A DNA stretch of 64,000 nt from Callorhinchus milii. Taxonomy: Eukaryota. The stretch lies in assembly GCF_018977255.1 (NCBI RefSeq), contig NW_024704743.1, forward strand, positions 95,048,001 to 95,112,000. Reading direction: 5' to 3'. The translations under genes and the position numbers were made by a program. Positions 37,470 through 50,109 of the stretch are shown here, one piece after another. The notes beneath the pieces are model-generated. The model was not told where the DNA came from, made no database searches, and saw only the letters and a list, made by a program, of their open reading frames with translations. Numbering within the stretch: the stretch's first letter is position 1; each line of letters opens with the position of its first letter.

Positions 37470-38441
37470 AACTTTGAAATGTGTGACTATTTTAATCAGC
37501 ACAAGCAGATCTTTCAAATGGGTAAGTATGAATTTCAGTTATTTGGACAAATAATGGATTACAATAATATTTTCAGTAACTTGTAGCCTGGAATATTTAT
37601 GCTGTGTGAAACGTCAGGTATAAAAACAATCTACACAATTTTTCTATGATACATTCCAGAACTTCATAAAGAATATTTTCTGTATAATTGCTCCAGGTGG
37701 TGCCAAGAGGATGGTGGCAAAGCTCTCGTACATTTTATGCAAAGTTGTCCTGCTCACTAAGAGGCTTAAACCAAGGAGTTCCTGGCATCTGTTATCCACC
37801 TAGTGAGGGTACAAAGCTGTATTTATTGGCTGTCAAATGAGCAACTAGTGACTTTCTTGGGGAAGGGGAGTACAAGAGGAAGTAAGTGCCAAGGTGACAT
37901 ATTTTACAACAGAATATTAAAGTCAAGTCAACCTCCTGCGCAGTTTAGGTGGTCTGGTTCCTGAGTCAAGTGGGTCCACAGTATTCCAAGGCATTGTTGA
38001 TGGCTGATGAAGATAGAAGATGTGAGATGTATTAAACATGGAAATGTTAGCATTGTGCTTGTTCAAACTATTTTTGAAGATTGGTTCCCTGATGGAGCAG
38101 ACCTAATATTTTTCACTTCACTCCCTGTCACTATTCATTTATTTCAACAACAACTTGGATTTATATAGCGCCCTCCATATTGGGGCAGCGTCTCAGAGTG
38201 CTTTACAGTAACGGATCCCAGGGCTGAGCCAAGGGGATGGGGAGGAAGGTTGACCAAAGGCGTGATCGAAGAGAAAGGTCTTCAGCAGGGACCTGAAAAT
38301 AGGAAGAGAGGGAGAGCGAGGTGAAGGGAGTGAGGAAGGGAGTTCCAGAGACTCAGGGCATAGTGGCTGAATGCACGGCCACCGAGGGTGGAGCGGAGGG
38401 ACTCGGAGGAGGCCAGACCCGGAGGAACGAAGGCAACGGGT
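37462..38441. repeat. Inverted duplication, copy A (partner 58239-59220)
   Basis: Reverse complement aligns by eye over about 980 bp, including about 690 bp of sequence not recognisable as a transposon. Confidence 0.95.
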
Positions 38442-40668
38442 ACTGTTTTGAGGAGAGAGGAGGTCAGAGAGGTAGGGGGGTGCAGAGGAGTGGAGGGATT
38501 TAAATACAAGTGTGAGGATCTTGAAGTCGATCCTCTCTGGGATAGGCAGCCAGTGCAGTCTGGCAAGGACTGGGGTAATCGGGGAGTGGAGATTCATGTG
38601 GGTGAGAATGCGGGCGGCAGAGTTTTGAATGATCTGGATTTTATGGATGGTAGCGGATGGGAGACTGGCGAGGAGGGCATTAGAATAGTCCAGCTGAGAG
38701 GTGACAAAGGCATGGACTAGGGTTTCAGCGGCGTTTGGAGAAAGGTATTTGTGGAGGCGGGAGATGTGTCAAAGGTGGAAGAAGGCGGTGCTGGTGAGGA
38801 ACCGTGGGGGAGGAAGGATAATTGGGGGTCGAACTTGACGCCTAGGTTGCGTACGGGTTCGGAGAGTTTTAGGGGGAGGTCGGGTAGGTGGAGGAGGTGA
38901 GAGCCGTGAGATTTTAAATGTTGACGAGAACCAAAGAGTATGGCTTCCGTCTTGTCAACTTTCAGCTGAAGGAAGTTTGCGCTCATCCAGCCCCTGAGAT
39001 CTGACAGGCAGGCTGACAGAACATCAGGGGACTGGGGGTCGCAAAGAGAGTTGAAAAAATAGAGTTGGGTATCGTCCACATACATGTGGAAATGTACCCC
39101 ATGTCTGTGGATGACATCCCCAAGAGGGAGCATGTAGATCAGAAAGAGGAGGGGGCCAAGGATGGATCCTTGCGGTACCCCACAGGTGACCGTGTGAGAG
39201 CGGGAGGAGAAGCCATTTGTGCAGATGTACTGCTGGCGGTTTGTGAGATAGGACTCGAACCAGGCGAATGCGGTCCCACTGAGGTGGATGATGGAGGAAA
39301 GGCGGTGGAGGAGGATGGCATGATCGACTGTGTCGAATGCGGTGGTGAGAACCAGGAGGACAAGGAGGCAGAGGGAGCCCTGGTCACAAATAGGATGTCG
39401 TTTGTGACTTTCACAAGCGCAGTGTGGGCAGGGCGGAAACTGGATTGGAGGGGTTCAAAGAGGGAGTGGGAGGAAAGGTGTGCGCGAAGTTGATCGGCAA
39501 CAACGCGTTCTTTTGCAAGGAAGGGCAGGTTAGAAATGGGGCGGTAGTGGCTGGGGTTTGAGGGATCTAGGGAAGGTTTCTTGGGGAGGGGGATGATGAC
39601 AGCAGTTTTGAGGGAGGCAGGGACTGATCTGGAGGAGTGGGACTGGTTGATGGTGGCAGCCAGTAGTGGGCAGAGGACGGGGAGCTGGGTGACCAGCAAG
39701 TTGGTGGGGAGGGGGTCGAGGCAGAAGGTGGTGGGTTTCATGAAGGTGATGGTGATGGTGGGTGAGAGGGAGGAGGGAGAGATGGGGAGGAAGGAATGTA
39801 GGATGGGGGTGGTGGTAGGAGCAGATGATGGGGAGGTTGAGGGGGATAGAGAGGGGGTGGTGGTGGGTGACAAGAGGCAGGTGGATGAGGCTGCCTGGCA
39901 GATGTCGTGAGTTTTAGATGAAGAAAAGGCCATGACCTCCTTGCACTTGGCATTTGATATGAAGATTGAGGAGGTCTGAGGGGGGGTAATGGGTGGTGGA
40001 AAAAAGGATTTTAGGGTTGTGTTTAGCCTCTAAGATGATGTTGGAGTAGAAGGCCATTTTTGCACATGTCAAGAACAGCGGTAGCTGTGGGGATGCTCAA
40101 GCCACAGTTAGCGGTGGACTGTCGGACCAGTTCTTTGCCATCTGCGCTCGAGCAGCCAGGTTTGGGTTTTTAGGCGGCGGAGATGGTTGTTGTACCAGGG
40201 GGATCGGGTGGGTTTGGAGATGGTGCTGATTTTCAGGGGGAAGAGGGAGTTGAAGGTGGAGGAGAGGCGATCATGGAGCAGCTGGACAGCTGCTTCAGGA
40301 TCTCTGCAGGTGAAAGGCCAGAGGGATAGGATGTTTGATGATGTGAGGGCCTTTGTGAGGGTCTTGGGTGGTAGCCTTTTCCAAGGGCAGTAGAAGATGG
40401 TTGAGAGCTTGGTGGGAGGAGCTCAAGGAGGGGAAGCAGCCAGATGAGTAGGGGGTGAGGCCAAGGGAGGCTTTGGAAATGAGGGCCACCCCGTCGCCAC
40501 GTTGGTTTGGACGGGGGTGTGGTGGAAGGTGTAGCCTGGAGGGGAGGCTTCCGCTAGGGGGACAGGGTCATTAGGGGAGAGCCAGGTTTCGGTGAGCCCA
40601 AGAATGTCAATGTGCTTGTCCGGGATGAGGTCATGGATGGTGAGGGCTTTATTTGAGAGGGAATTACA
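38146..40668 (-). mobile_element. L2 LINE of a second subfamily, decayed ORF2 from APE endonuclease to tail
   Basis: NSLSNK..DILGLTETWL (endonuclease), YRPISNLPFL, YVDDTQLY, LHWLPIPERIDFK; tail gagggcgctatataaatccaag(ttg)n. Confidence 0.93.
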
Positions 40669-41419
40669 GGAAAACATTTATAGAACTGATCTATTTCTCA
40701 TTTTAAAGTAGTGTACTCTTTGTGCTCTATTGGTAAATTATTTTCTATTAAGTTTATAATACGGTGGAATTTTGTTGTCTTACCTCAGTCACAAAATTGA
40801 CTCCCAAGTTTCATTCCAAAGTGAATATAGTTAAAGTAATTCAGTGCCTTAATCTGCTCTTCTGTGCAGCCTTTGAATAAACCTGCATAAATCTTAGAGG
40901 TGTAAATCTGAATTTGTATGCTGGGAAAACAGGATGAGTGTAAAGGGTATTTAATTTTTGTTATCTTAATCAATCTTCTAATGTGAAAGCCTTAGTGCTA
41001 CACCAGATAATTTTTAAGATTGCACTTATGTGCCTAGCTTTCCTAAAACAAACAACCAATTGCAATACCCAACTGAACATTAGTCCCCTGGAAAGAATAA
41101 AAGCTTTATTTTTACAATACATTTTATTTGCTTTAGTTTTGCATATGTTTGCAGAGATAACAGGTAATCAAAACACATAACTAATAATACAGAGGATCAA
41201 CAATGATCTCCTGTTAGTTTTAATCTGGGTTATTTCAGGTCTCACAATTCTAAGAAATACCCATTCCTCAAATGGCTCTCATCTGCTTTTCAAAGACAAC
41301 TCCTTGTGTAAACTTCCAAATGAAGTCTACCTTCTCCAGGCCAAATGCTTTCGATTTTTTATTGAAAAAAATGCTTTAAATTATGGACTTGAAAACCTAG
41401 CTGTTATGTTTCTTTCATA

Positions 41420-44080
41420 ACAAGTTGAGAGGGAGAGTCAGGACAAGGAAAACAGAGAAGACAAAAAAGAAGACAAAGGAGAGAATGTGTTAGTTGATGG
41501 GTTAAAGAGGTGATAGTGGCGTAAAACAAATGTGGGGGTGGGTTGAAGCAAAACTGGGGAGAAGAAGTGTTAATAGTGCAGAACAGGCAACACACCAGAG
41601 AGAGACAAAGAGTGTCTGGGGTAATGATTGTAATGATAACAGAAGATAACTCTTCTGGTAACCGAAAGAGCGGGAGAGGTAAGGTGAGCTGTTATGGTCT
41701 GAAGTGGCTGAAATCAATATTGAGGCCAGAGGGCTGTGGGGTCCCAGCAGATAGATAAGATGCTGTTCCTCAAGTTTTCACTGTGGATCATTGGAACAGA
41801 GTAGGAGACCATGAATGGAGAGGTTAGACTGAATGGGAGTGTGAGTTAAAATGACAGGAGACCAGAAGATCAGGGTTGACCTTGCGTACAGCACGGTGTT
41901 CTGCAAATTGGTCACCCAATTTACGCTCAGTCTCCCCAGTATAGAGAGATTATACCATGAGCAGCGGATACAGTATACTATACTGGTGGTAGTACATGTT
42001 AACCGCTGTCTTACATGGAAGCTGTGTTTGGGGCCTTGGATAGTGGTCTGGGAGGAGGTGAAAGGGCAGTGTTACATCTCGTGTGTTGGCATAGGAAGGT
42101 GCCAAGGGAAGGAGAGCAGCTGGTAGTGCTCACGGTGGAATGAACTAAGGAATTCCGGAGGGAACGATCCCTTCGAATGCGGAGAGGGGAGGGGAAGGAA
42201 ATATGTGTTTGGTGCATGAGTCACGCTGGAGGTGCCGGAAATGTCGGAGAATGATGTGCTGAATATTGAGGCTGGTGGGGTGGTAGGTAAGGACGAAGGG
42301 AACACTATTTCATCTGTTGCCTCATTCGGCACCTCAACAAAAAACCTCAATGAATTTCGATTCCGGCATGATGCTGAGCTCTTCTTTGATCACCTCTATC
42401 TCCGTGCTCACTTCTTTGGCCAGGATGCCTCCCTCCGTACATTGGACCCCTTCTCCTGTCTCCAGAAGTCCCACTCCACTTGGACCCCACCGCCAGGCTC
42501 CCTACCCTCCCTCAACCTGTTCATCAAAAACTGCCAGCGTGACATCGGACATGTCCAGTTCTTCACTCCCCTCTCCCACTCAAACCTTTCTCCCTTTGAA
42601 TGCACTGCACTCCATTCCCTCAGGACCAATCCTGATATCATCGTTAAACCCGCTGACAAGAGAGACACTGTCGTTGTCTGGCGAAAGGACCTCTTCCTGG
42701 CAGAGGCTGAATGCCAACTTTCTGACAACTCCTACCTTCCCCTGGACCATGACCCCACAGCTGAACAAGCCACCATCACCGAGGTAGTCAATAACCTCAT
42801 CTCCTCTGGTGACCTCCCTCCTACAGCCTCCAACCTCATAGCCACCCAGCCCCGCACAGCCCGCCTGTACCTCCTCCCCAAGATCCACAAACAGGACTGT
42901 CCTGGCAGACCCATTGTCTCAGCCTGTTCCTTTCCCACCGAATTAATCTTGTCCTATCTGGATTCCATTTTTGTCCCACTCGTCTAATCCCTACCCACCT
43001 ATATCCATGACTCCTCGGATGCCCTCTGCCACTTTGACAATTTCCGGTTCCCCGGTCCTGAACGTCTCCTCTTCATAATGGACGTTCAGGACCTCTACAC
43101 CTCCATTCCTCACAAGGACCACCTCCAGGCCCTCCGTTTCCACCTTGATCAATGGCAAAACTTTCATAATGGACGTTCAGGCCCTCTACACCTCCATTCC
43201 CCACAAGGACCGCCTCCAGGCCCTCCGGTTCCACGTCGATCAACGGCAAAACCAATCTCCATCTACCACCACGCTCCTCTGCCTGGCCGAACTTCTGACA
43301 TTGAACAACTTCATATTCAATTCCGACCACTTCCTTCAAATAAAAGGTGTCGCTATGGGAACCCACATGGGTCCCAGCTACGCCTGCCTGTTTGTTGGCC
43401 ACCTGGAACACTCCTTGTTCCGGTCCTGCTCAGGTCCATTCCCTGACCTGTTCCACAGGTACACCGATGACTGTGTCGGGGCCACTTCCTGCTCTCGCAG
43501 TGAGTTAGAAGCATTTATAAATTTTGCTTCCACCTTCCACCCCGCCATAAAATTCACGTGGACTATCTCTGACTCTTCCCTTCCCTTCCTTGACTTCACT
43601 ATCTCCGTCAGGTAACAGACTATCCACAGACATTTTCTATAAGCCCACCAACTCCCACAGCTACCTTGATTGCACCATATCCCACCCAGCCTCCTGCAGA
43701 GACTCCAACCCATTTTCCCAGTTCCTCCGCCTCCGTTGTATCTGCTCTGACAATGCAACCTTCCATGCCAAAACAACCGAGATGTCTTCATTGTTCCTTG
43801 ATCGAGGATTCCCATGGACAGTAATAGCCAAGGTCCTTGACCGTGCCCGTCCTGTTTCCCGCACCTCTGCCCTTACCCATTCCGCCCCATCCCAGAACCG
43901 TGATAGGGTCCCCTTATGTCGGCCTCAATATCGATTTCAGCCACTTCAGACCATAACAGCTCATCTTCTCTCTTCCTCTCTTTCTGTTACCAGAAGAGTT
44001 ATCTTCTGTTATCATTACAATCATCACCCCAGTCACTTTTTGTCTCTCTCTGGAGTGTTGTTATTCTGCATCATTAACAA
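41420..44080. mobile_element. Penelope-like retroelement (RT on +, GIY-YIG part inverted on -), degenerate
   Basis: + strand 42320-43920: KPADK, LPKIHK..PGRPIVS, MDVQALYTSIPH, GVAMGT.MGPSYA, RYTDD, FLD, YKPTNSHSYL. - strand 42318-41700: VLTYHP, RRDRSLRNSLVHS, VYCIRC..LYTGET.R.L...FAEH. About 160-bp inverted terminal copies. Confidence 0.9.
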
Positions 44081-44119
44081 CTGGTGCATGAAAGTATACG
44101 AGCTGCAGAGTTTGGATGT

Positions 44120-44430
44120 TAATAATAATCCTTGCATTTGACATAGTGCTTTTCACATCTTCTCGACGTCTCAAAGCGCTTCACAGAATATGCTGTAAAG
44201 TGAATTGACTATATTTGTGGGCGAAACACGGCAGCCAATTGCGCACAGCAGTGTCCCACAAACAGTCGTGGATTGAAAATGACCAATTTATTATTGTTTT
44301 GTTTTTTGGAGGGATTATTATTAGGCTCTGTGTGGAGTAAGGAAACTTGCCCAAGGTTTCACTCTGCCTGGAATTGAACCCAGGTGTCTCGCTTGCAAGG
44401 TGAGTGCTCTAACCACTGAGCTACAGGACT
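44120..44430 (-). mobile_element. Full-length SINE, short variant
   Basis: Same head, body and tail as 34230-34545, in reverse. Confidence 0.9.
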
Positions 44431-46887
44431 TTGTGTTTTGTACCTAGCTCTAATGTGCGCTTCTTCATCCCTAATTCAGAAATTGGTAGTTAAAACTTCA
44501 TTTAATTTATGCAAGTTCAAAAAGATGACATTGGGAAAGATTTCCCATAGGCCCAACATCTCAAAGCACTCTGCACAAATCCCTAATAATAATAGTCCAT
44601 GCATTTGATAAAGCGCTTTCTCATGTCTTCGAGATGTCTCAAAGCACTTTACAGAATATACTGGAAAGTGAATTGACTTTATATTTCGTGAGTGAAGCAC
44701 GGCAACCAATTGCACACAGCAGTGTCCAATTTATTATTATTATATTATTATACTAAAAAAGGATTAAAGCTTTTGTTTGACTTGTTACCAGATTTATGCC
44801 AGTTTCCATGTTGGTAACGATAGCTGGGATCCCAATTATTTCTTTGCTCATATGATCTGTTTTCTGTAAGGTATCAAGTTTGGTTTAACAAAGTTTCAAA
44901 ATGTTCATTGGGATTTGATTGATAAATTGTCTGAGACACTATTAATGCAATACTATTAATATGTACAATAGTTTATAGAAATCTTGAAGTACCAATATTT
45001 TTAGTAAAACAATGTATTCATCAAGATTCAACCAAGTTTAACAAAATATTTTTGTGAAGGCCTGAGTTCAGTAGTGATTTATTGGATCCTTGATTTGCAT
45101 CTTCATCAGTTTTGTATTTTAATTTTAATCCTGATTGGTTGCTAGTTGTCATTGACTCTCATTTGAAGGGCAGTTAAATCAAACAGAGGATAGCCTCACA
45201 CATTTCTTAAAAGCAGCAAACTACACATCACACTTGAACACATAACCTCTGCTTTGAATCAGTGACAGAGAATTTTTCTCCAATATTTCAGAAAATTAAA
45301 CTGTCGATCCAAAGTGAGGAACTACTGCTGCCTTGGCCAGGGGCAGCACTTAATATGTAGCCATGTGAGAAGAATGGCAGAGGTATCTAATCCATTAACC
45401 TGAACAGAAATAATATAACAACAACTTGCGTTTATATCGTGCCCCTCACGCAGGGTAGAGTCCCAGAGCACTTTAATAATAACATAACTAAGGTAGCTTT
45501 GAAAGTTTTAACAAAGACCAGCAATTCACTCACACAAACCTTGAGGTGGGAGTTATTGTTTGCGCTTCTGTCAAGAAAGTAAGAACCATTTATTCAAAAG
45601 GCAACATGGAGACAGAATAAAGAAAAAAAAATGAAAAATTGTTTTCGATATAGCGACTTGATATGTCCTCCCGACGTGAAAGGTGCTATAAAATGTAAGT
45701 TGTGTTAGTTGTTGTTGTCGGTATAGCTCCTTATCACGTAATCAAAAAATCGTCACAGGATCATAGGTAAAAGTGCAGTGAGTATATATTTGCAAACGAA
45801 AAATGTGACCTTTTATTGTTAGAAAAAAGTCTCTTTAATTTCAACCATTCCAAATGTGAATGCATGAGTGAGTCATCCCAGGGTTTACAGCCAGAAGGAC
45901 ACAATTATAAAGTAGTCTTTACACAGTTATAATGGACACAAGCAAAGGAAGCACTCGCTGGTTCATAAAGAATCCCCTCCATCTGTGGTTAAACAGTTGC
46001 ATTTAACAGTGTTTCAAACAGCTGAAAATATAATAGTACTTGTCAACAAGTCTGGAGGCAATTCACAACAAGTCCTTCTAATCTGATTAATTCAACAACA
46101 ATAAAAACAAACAGAAGAATTTGGGAGCATCTGGAAAAAGCAGATCAGACTGGGAACATTATGAGAAACTGATGAATTTTGAGGGGAATATTATACTGAT
46201 AAAGTAGAAGACAGAATTTAAATAAATGTAAGACAAATGGGGTGAAACATTAAGAAATGCAACAACAACAAATTATATTTGCATAGCACGTTTCACATCG
46301 GGTGGATGTCCCAAAGTGCTGGACAATCAGTGTTTCGGACCCTGATACAATACAGGTCCTATTACAATACGGAACATTAAAAACACAATAAGGTTTTTAT
46401 TGTGTGATTGAATAATGATCAGAACCAAACAAAGGAGATAAGACATCTAGCAAATAGGGAGATGAGGAGAATCTTTTTTCACACACGGTTTGTTCAGTTA
46501 TGGAATGCCCTGATGGAAGCAATAGTTGAGGCAGAATCCATATTATCTTGTGAAAGGGAACCTATATCTAAAAAGAAGTAAACTAGAAGGTATGGGAAAA
46601 ATGGGATTGAAAAGGTTGCTCTTTAAAAGAGGTAGCACAGACATAATGGTCTGAATGGTAAATTTCTATGATTCTACAAGTAGCATAATTTTAAAAAGGA
46701 TAAGAGAGAATGTGGTACAAACCGAAGGCTAAATTATATGCCACGACTATATGAAACAAAACACAGTATTTAGAAAAGAGAAATGGGATTTTAAAATACA
46801 GCATAGTACATTGTGTATAAAAATAGAGCTAAATTACAAAAACAAAATTGAAGGTTTCCTTAGCTATTTTTTCTGTGTAAGTCTCTC

Positions 46888-46891
<4 letters not shown>

Positions 46892-46920
<29 letters not shown>
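46892..46920. repeat. (AC)n microsatellite
   Basis: Directly visible. Confidence 0.95.
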
Positions 46921-46921
<1 letters not shown>

Positions 46922-47039
46922 CTCCCTTAGAGTTAGGATTCACATAATAAGACTTGTCTACGTATATGACTTTCATAAGTCCATTATGAATGAAATTTAA
47001 GTGCTCCGGGACGCTACCCCACTATATGAATGCAAGTTG

Positions 47040-47950
47040 TTATTTTGATGAAATAGAGGAAATTTTGCTTGAATGTCTACACTTATATAATGGAAAGCAC
47101 TCATACTTCATCTTGAGAGCTCCTTGCACCACACTGTTAGTTGCAACCCCTGGAGATGACTTTCTAGTTTAACGTCATGTTTAAAAGCAGCTAATACTTT
47201 ACAAAAATAGTTTCTTCTTATATTAGAAAGAGTTATGGGATCTTTATCATTCAATTCACGATATTTCCGAGATTTCATGTGCTCATCAATGGTGTAAAAT
47301 ATCACCCGCAAAATACACAGTCACTACACTTTACAGAATATCCTGTGAAGTCCTTTGTGACATCTCGAAGACGTGATAAGGCGTTGTTTCAAATGCAAGG
47401 ATTATTATTATATTCTGTGAAGAGCCTTGGGATGTCCTCCCAACATGAAAGATGTTATACAAGTGTAGTTTTGTTGTGGTATTGTAGTGCTTGTGAACAT
47501 GGTCAATTGTGTGACAGCAAACGCGGCAAAACAACCGTCCCCCTTCTTCATAAAGGTCATCTAGATAGAGTACAATTCTATCTGAGGGACAGATGGAAAA
47601 TGAGACGTGCTGGCCCTTGACTTCCTCACGGGAATTACAATAACGTTTGGCCATTTTTGTATTGTGCAACCTGAAAGATGAAACAACCCTGATTAAAATT
47701 CAAGGTATATTTCCCGAAAATGTAGTTATGTTTAAAATATTAAATAATTTAATTTGAATAATACAGCACTTACCTAGAATTTGTCGCAGTAGTGTGGTGC
47801 AGCAGCTTTTCCTATCGAAGTTTACTCACCAGTGAAGTCGATTTCCTGCACACTCTACTTCCGCGATCCCAAATTCACCGTGTCGCGCAATGCGTGATCG
47901 GAGCCGCTCTGGCCATAATAGTGGTGTCGAGCAAACAGCACGAGAAATCT
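47040..47950 (-). pseudogene. Decayed CGGBP1-like zf-BED / hAT-transposase-derived sequence with a spliced 5' leader
   Basis: ORFs 47331..47669 and 47108..47311 join, across a repeat insertion at 47297-47483, to give ICPSDRIVLYLDDLYEEGGRLFCRVCCHTIDHVHKHYTIDEHMKSRKY, resembling the CGGBP1 zinc finger; ATG at 47654; GT-AG intron 47773-47671. Confidence 0.7.
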
Positions 47951-48574
47951 GGGCCCTAGCGCACTGTATGTACGGGTTAGTTGCCGAGGGGCTATTTGTC
48001 GTGGGTTTGTAGCGGGCAAGGTCGTGTAGCGGAAATGTGCGCCTGCACTTTTCTATTGGCCCAGGCTTAAGCTCACAGCTTCCAACCTAGCGTCAAGACT
48101 GTTAACAACTAAGCCAAGCTGACACATACAAAACACAGCTTTGACCTCTTCCAACTTTTCACTCCCTCACTTTTGTGTACAATGTTACAACAGCTACATT
48201 TACTAATATGACACAATAATGTCACTAAAATTGAAGCAAACGTACAAAGGGACTGTAAATTTATAGATTCTTTCTGTCTCTTGCAACACACTGTACCATC
48301 TTTACATCAGAACAAATTTCTTGATCTATTCTTAAACTGTCTGACTTTGAGCATTGGTAAAGAGAGGAAACAGCACAGACTCTTTCCCTCCACTCTGCCC
48401 TGACCACCACATACACACAGATTCACTGTAGTCTAATGAAAGAATGGCAACACTGTCAGAGAAAACTTTCAAGTTGTATAGTATCTAGCTGACACCATAA
48501 AGTATTCATATTTTGTCCTACTAAAATTCGCCTCTGATTCATTCCACAGATTGACAGAAAACACTACGCTCCAT

Positions 48575-49177
48575 ACAACAACAGCAATTTGCACTTATAT
48601 AGAGCCTTTCAAGTGGAGAGAATATCTCAAAAAGTGTTTTCTGAAGATTGAGAGGGAGATAGGAGGGTTATAGGGGGAAGATAGCTAAAGGCATAGTCAA
48701 AGAGATAAGTCTTTAGGCGGGCTTGGAAAGCAATAAGGAATGGGGCAAGGCAGAGGGATTTTGGAAGAGAGTTCCAGGGGGCAGTGGAAAAGTGGTTGAA
48801 GGTTCAACAGCAACAACTTACCCTTTATATAGCACCCTTCATGCAGGATAGTGTCCCGGAGCGCTTGACAGTAGTGGAGTCTGACCTTGATCTAGAGGGA
48901 AAGGGAGGGGGGAGGTGACAGCAAGCATGATCAAAAGGAAAGTATTAGGTGGGATTTGAAAGTGGGGAGGTAGCGGGCAAGGCGGAGGGATTGAGGGAGG
49001 GAGTTCCAGAGCTTCGGGGCGTAGTGGCTGAAAGTACGGTCGCCAATGGTGCGGCGGAGGGGGCAAGGGACGAACAGGAGGCCAGAGCCGGCTTAATGGA
49101 AGCTGCGGGTGGTGGAGTGGGGGATAAGCAAATTGGATAAGTAGAGAGGTGCGAGGGTATGAGAGGATTTGAAAACC
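48575..49177 (-). mobile_element. Two adjacent L2 3'-end fragments
   Basis: Two caacaac..ttatata-type tails (about 48575 and 48810) with purine-rich reverse-complement L2 3' regions (ggagttccag). Confidence 0.7.
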
Positions 49178-49789
49178 TGACTAGTTCACCTACTATTCAT
49201 GGCAGATCGAGGCATGAAGCACGCTGATGTTGGCATTGGGGTCAGTTGCATGCTACTGAGGGGAAAGAAGGAAGAGAAAATACTGATAATTTGGCGTCTC
49301 CAAAGAATAGATTTTTGGAGGGTCAGCTGGGTGTCTGATACATGCAGAAACCCATCACCATTCAATAACAATATCAAAACCAAACTGAGAGTTCCATGCA
49401 TCCCACCTACATATTGGAAACTCTCATATATTAGAATGAAATGTGCTTCCCTGAGACACACATCCTGCTTATTAATTCTGTAAAGTATTAGGTGCAGGCT
49501 GGCAAGACCCAAGGCTTCAGGTCACCAGAGTTTGCATTGGGGTAGGTAGTGCTGGAGTTTAACTAGTTAAAACTCCATTGCAAGCACTGTCCAGCAAGCT
49601 TTCCAGATGGATGTCCAGATCGGATCATCCTATCCATTAGGGCTTTGGTTTCTAGGATCAACAGGAGATGAGTGGGAAGAATCCCTGCTCCAAGTCTGCC
49701 CCTAAAGGAATAGATTATGAGACAGTGTTTTGGTTACAACATAGTCAGGTGCAGAGAGGAGAAATAACCTGTAAGATTCCACATTTAAT

Positions 49790-50109
49790 TATAATAATAA
49801 TAAAGTAATAATCCTTGCATTTGATATAGCGCTTTTCACGTCGGGAGGACGTCCCAAAGCGCTTCACAGAATATACTGTAAAGTGAATTGACTGTATATT
49901 TGTGGGCGAACGCGGCAGCCAATTGCGCACAGCAATGTCCCACAAACAGTCGTAGATTGAAAATGACCAATTTATTATTGTTTTTGGTTTTGGAGGGATT
50001 ATTATTAGGCTCTGTGTGGAGTAAGGAAACTTGCCCAAGGTTTCGCCCTCTGCCTGGAATTGAACTCAAATCTCTCACTTGCAAAGCGAGTGCTCTAACC
50101 ACTGAGCTC
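49790..50109 (-). mobile_element. SINE, short young variant
   Basis: Near-identical to 33824-34147. Confidence 0.9.

Noticed and set aside
35223..43815. Active autonomous retrotransposons
   Set aside because: All L2 and Penelope coding regions are broken by frameshifts, stops or deletions.
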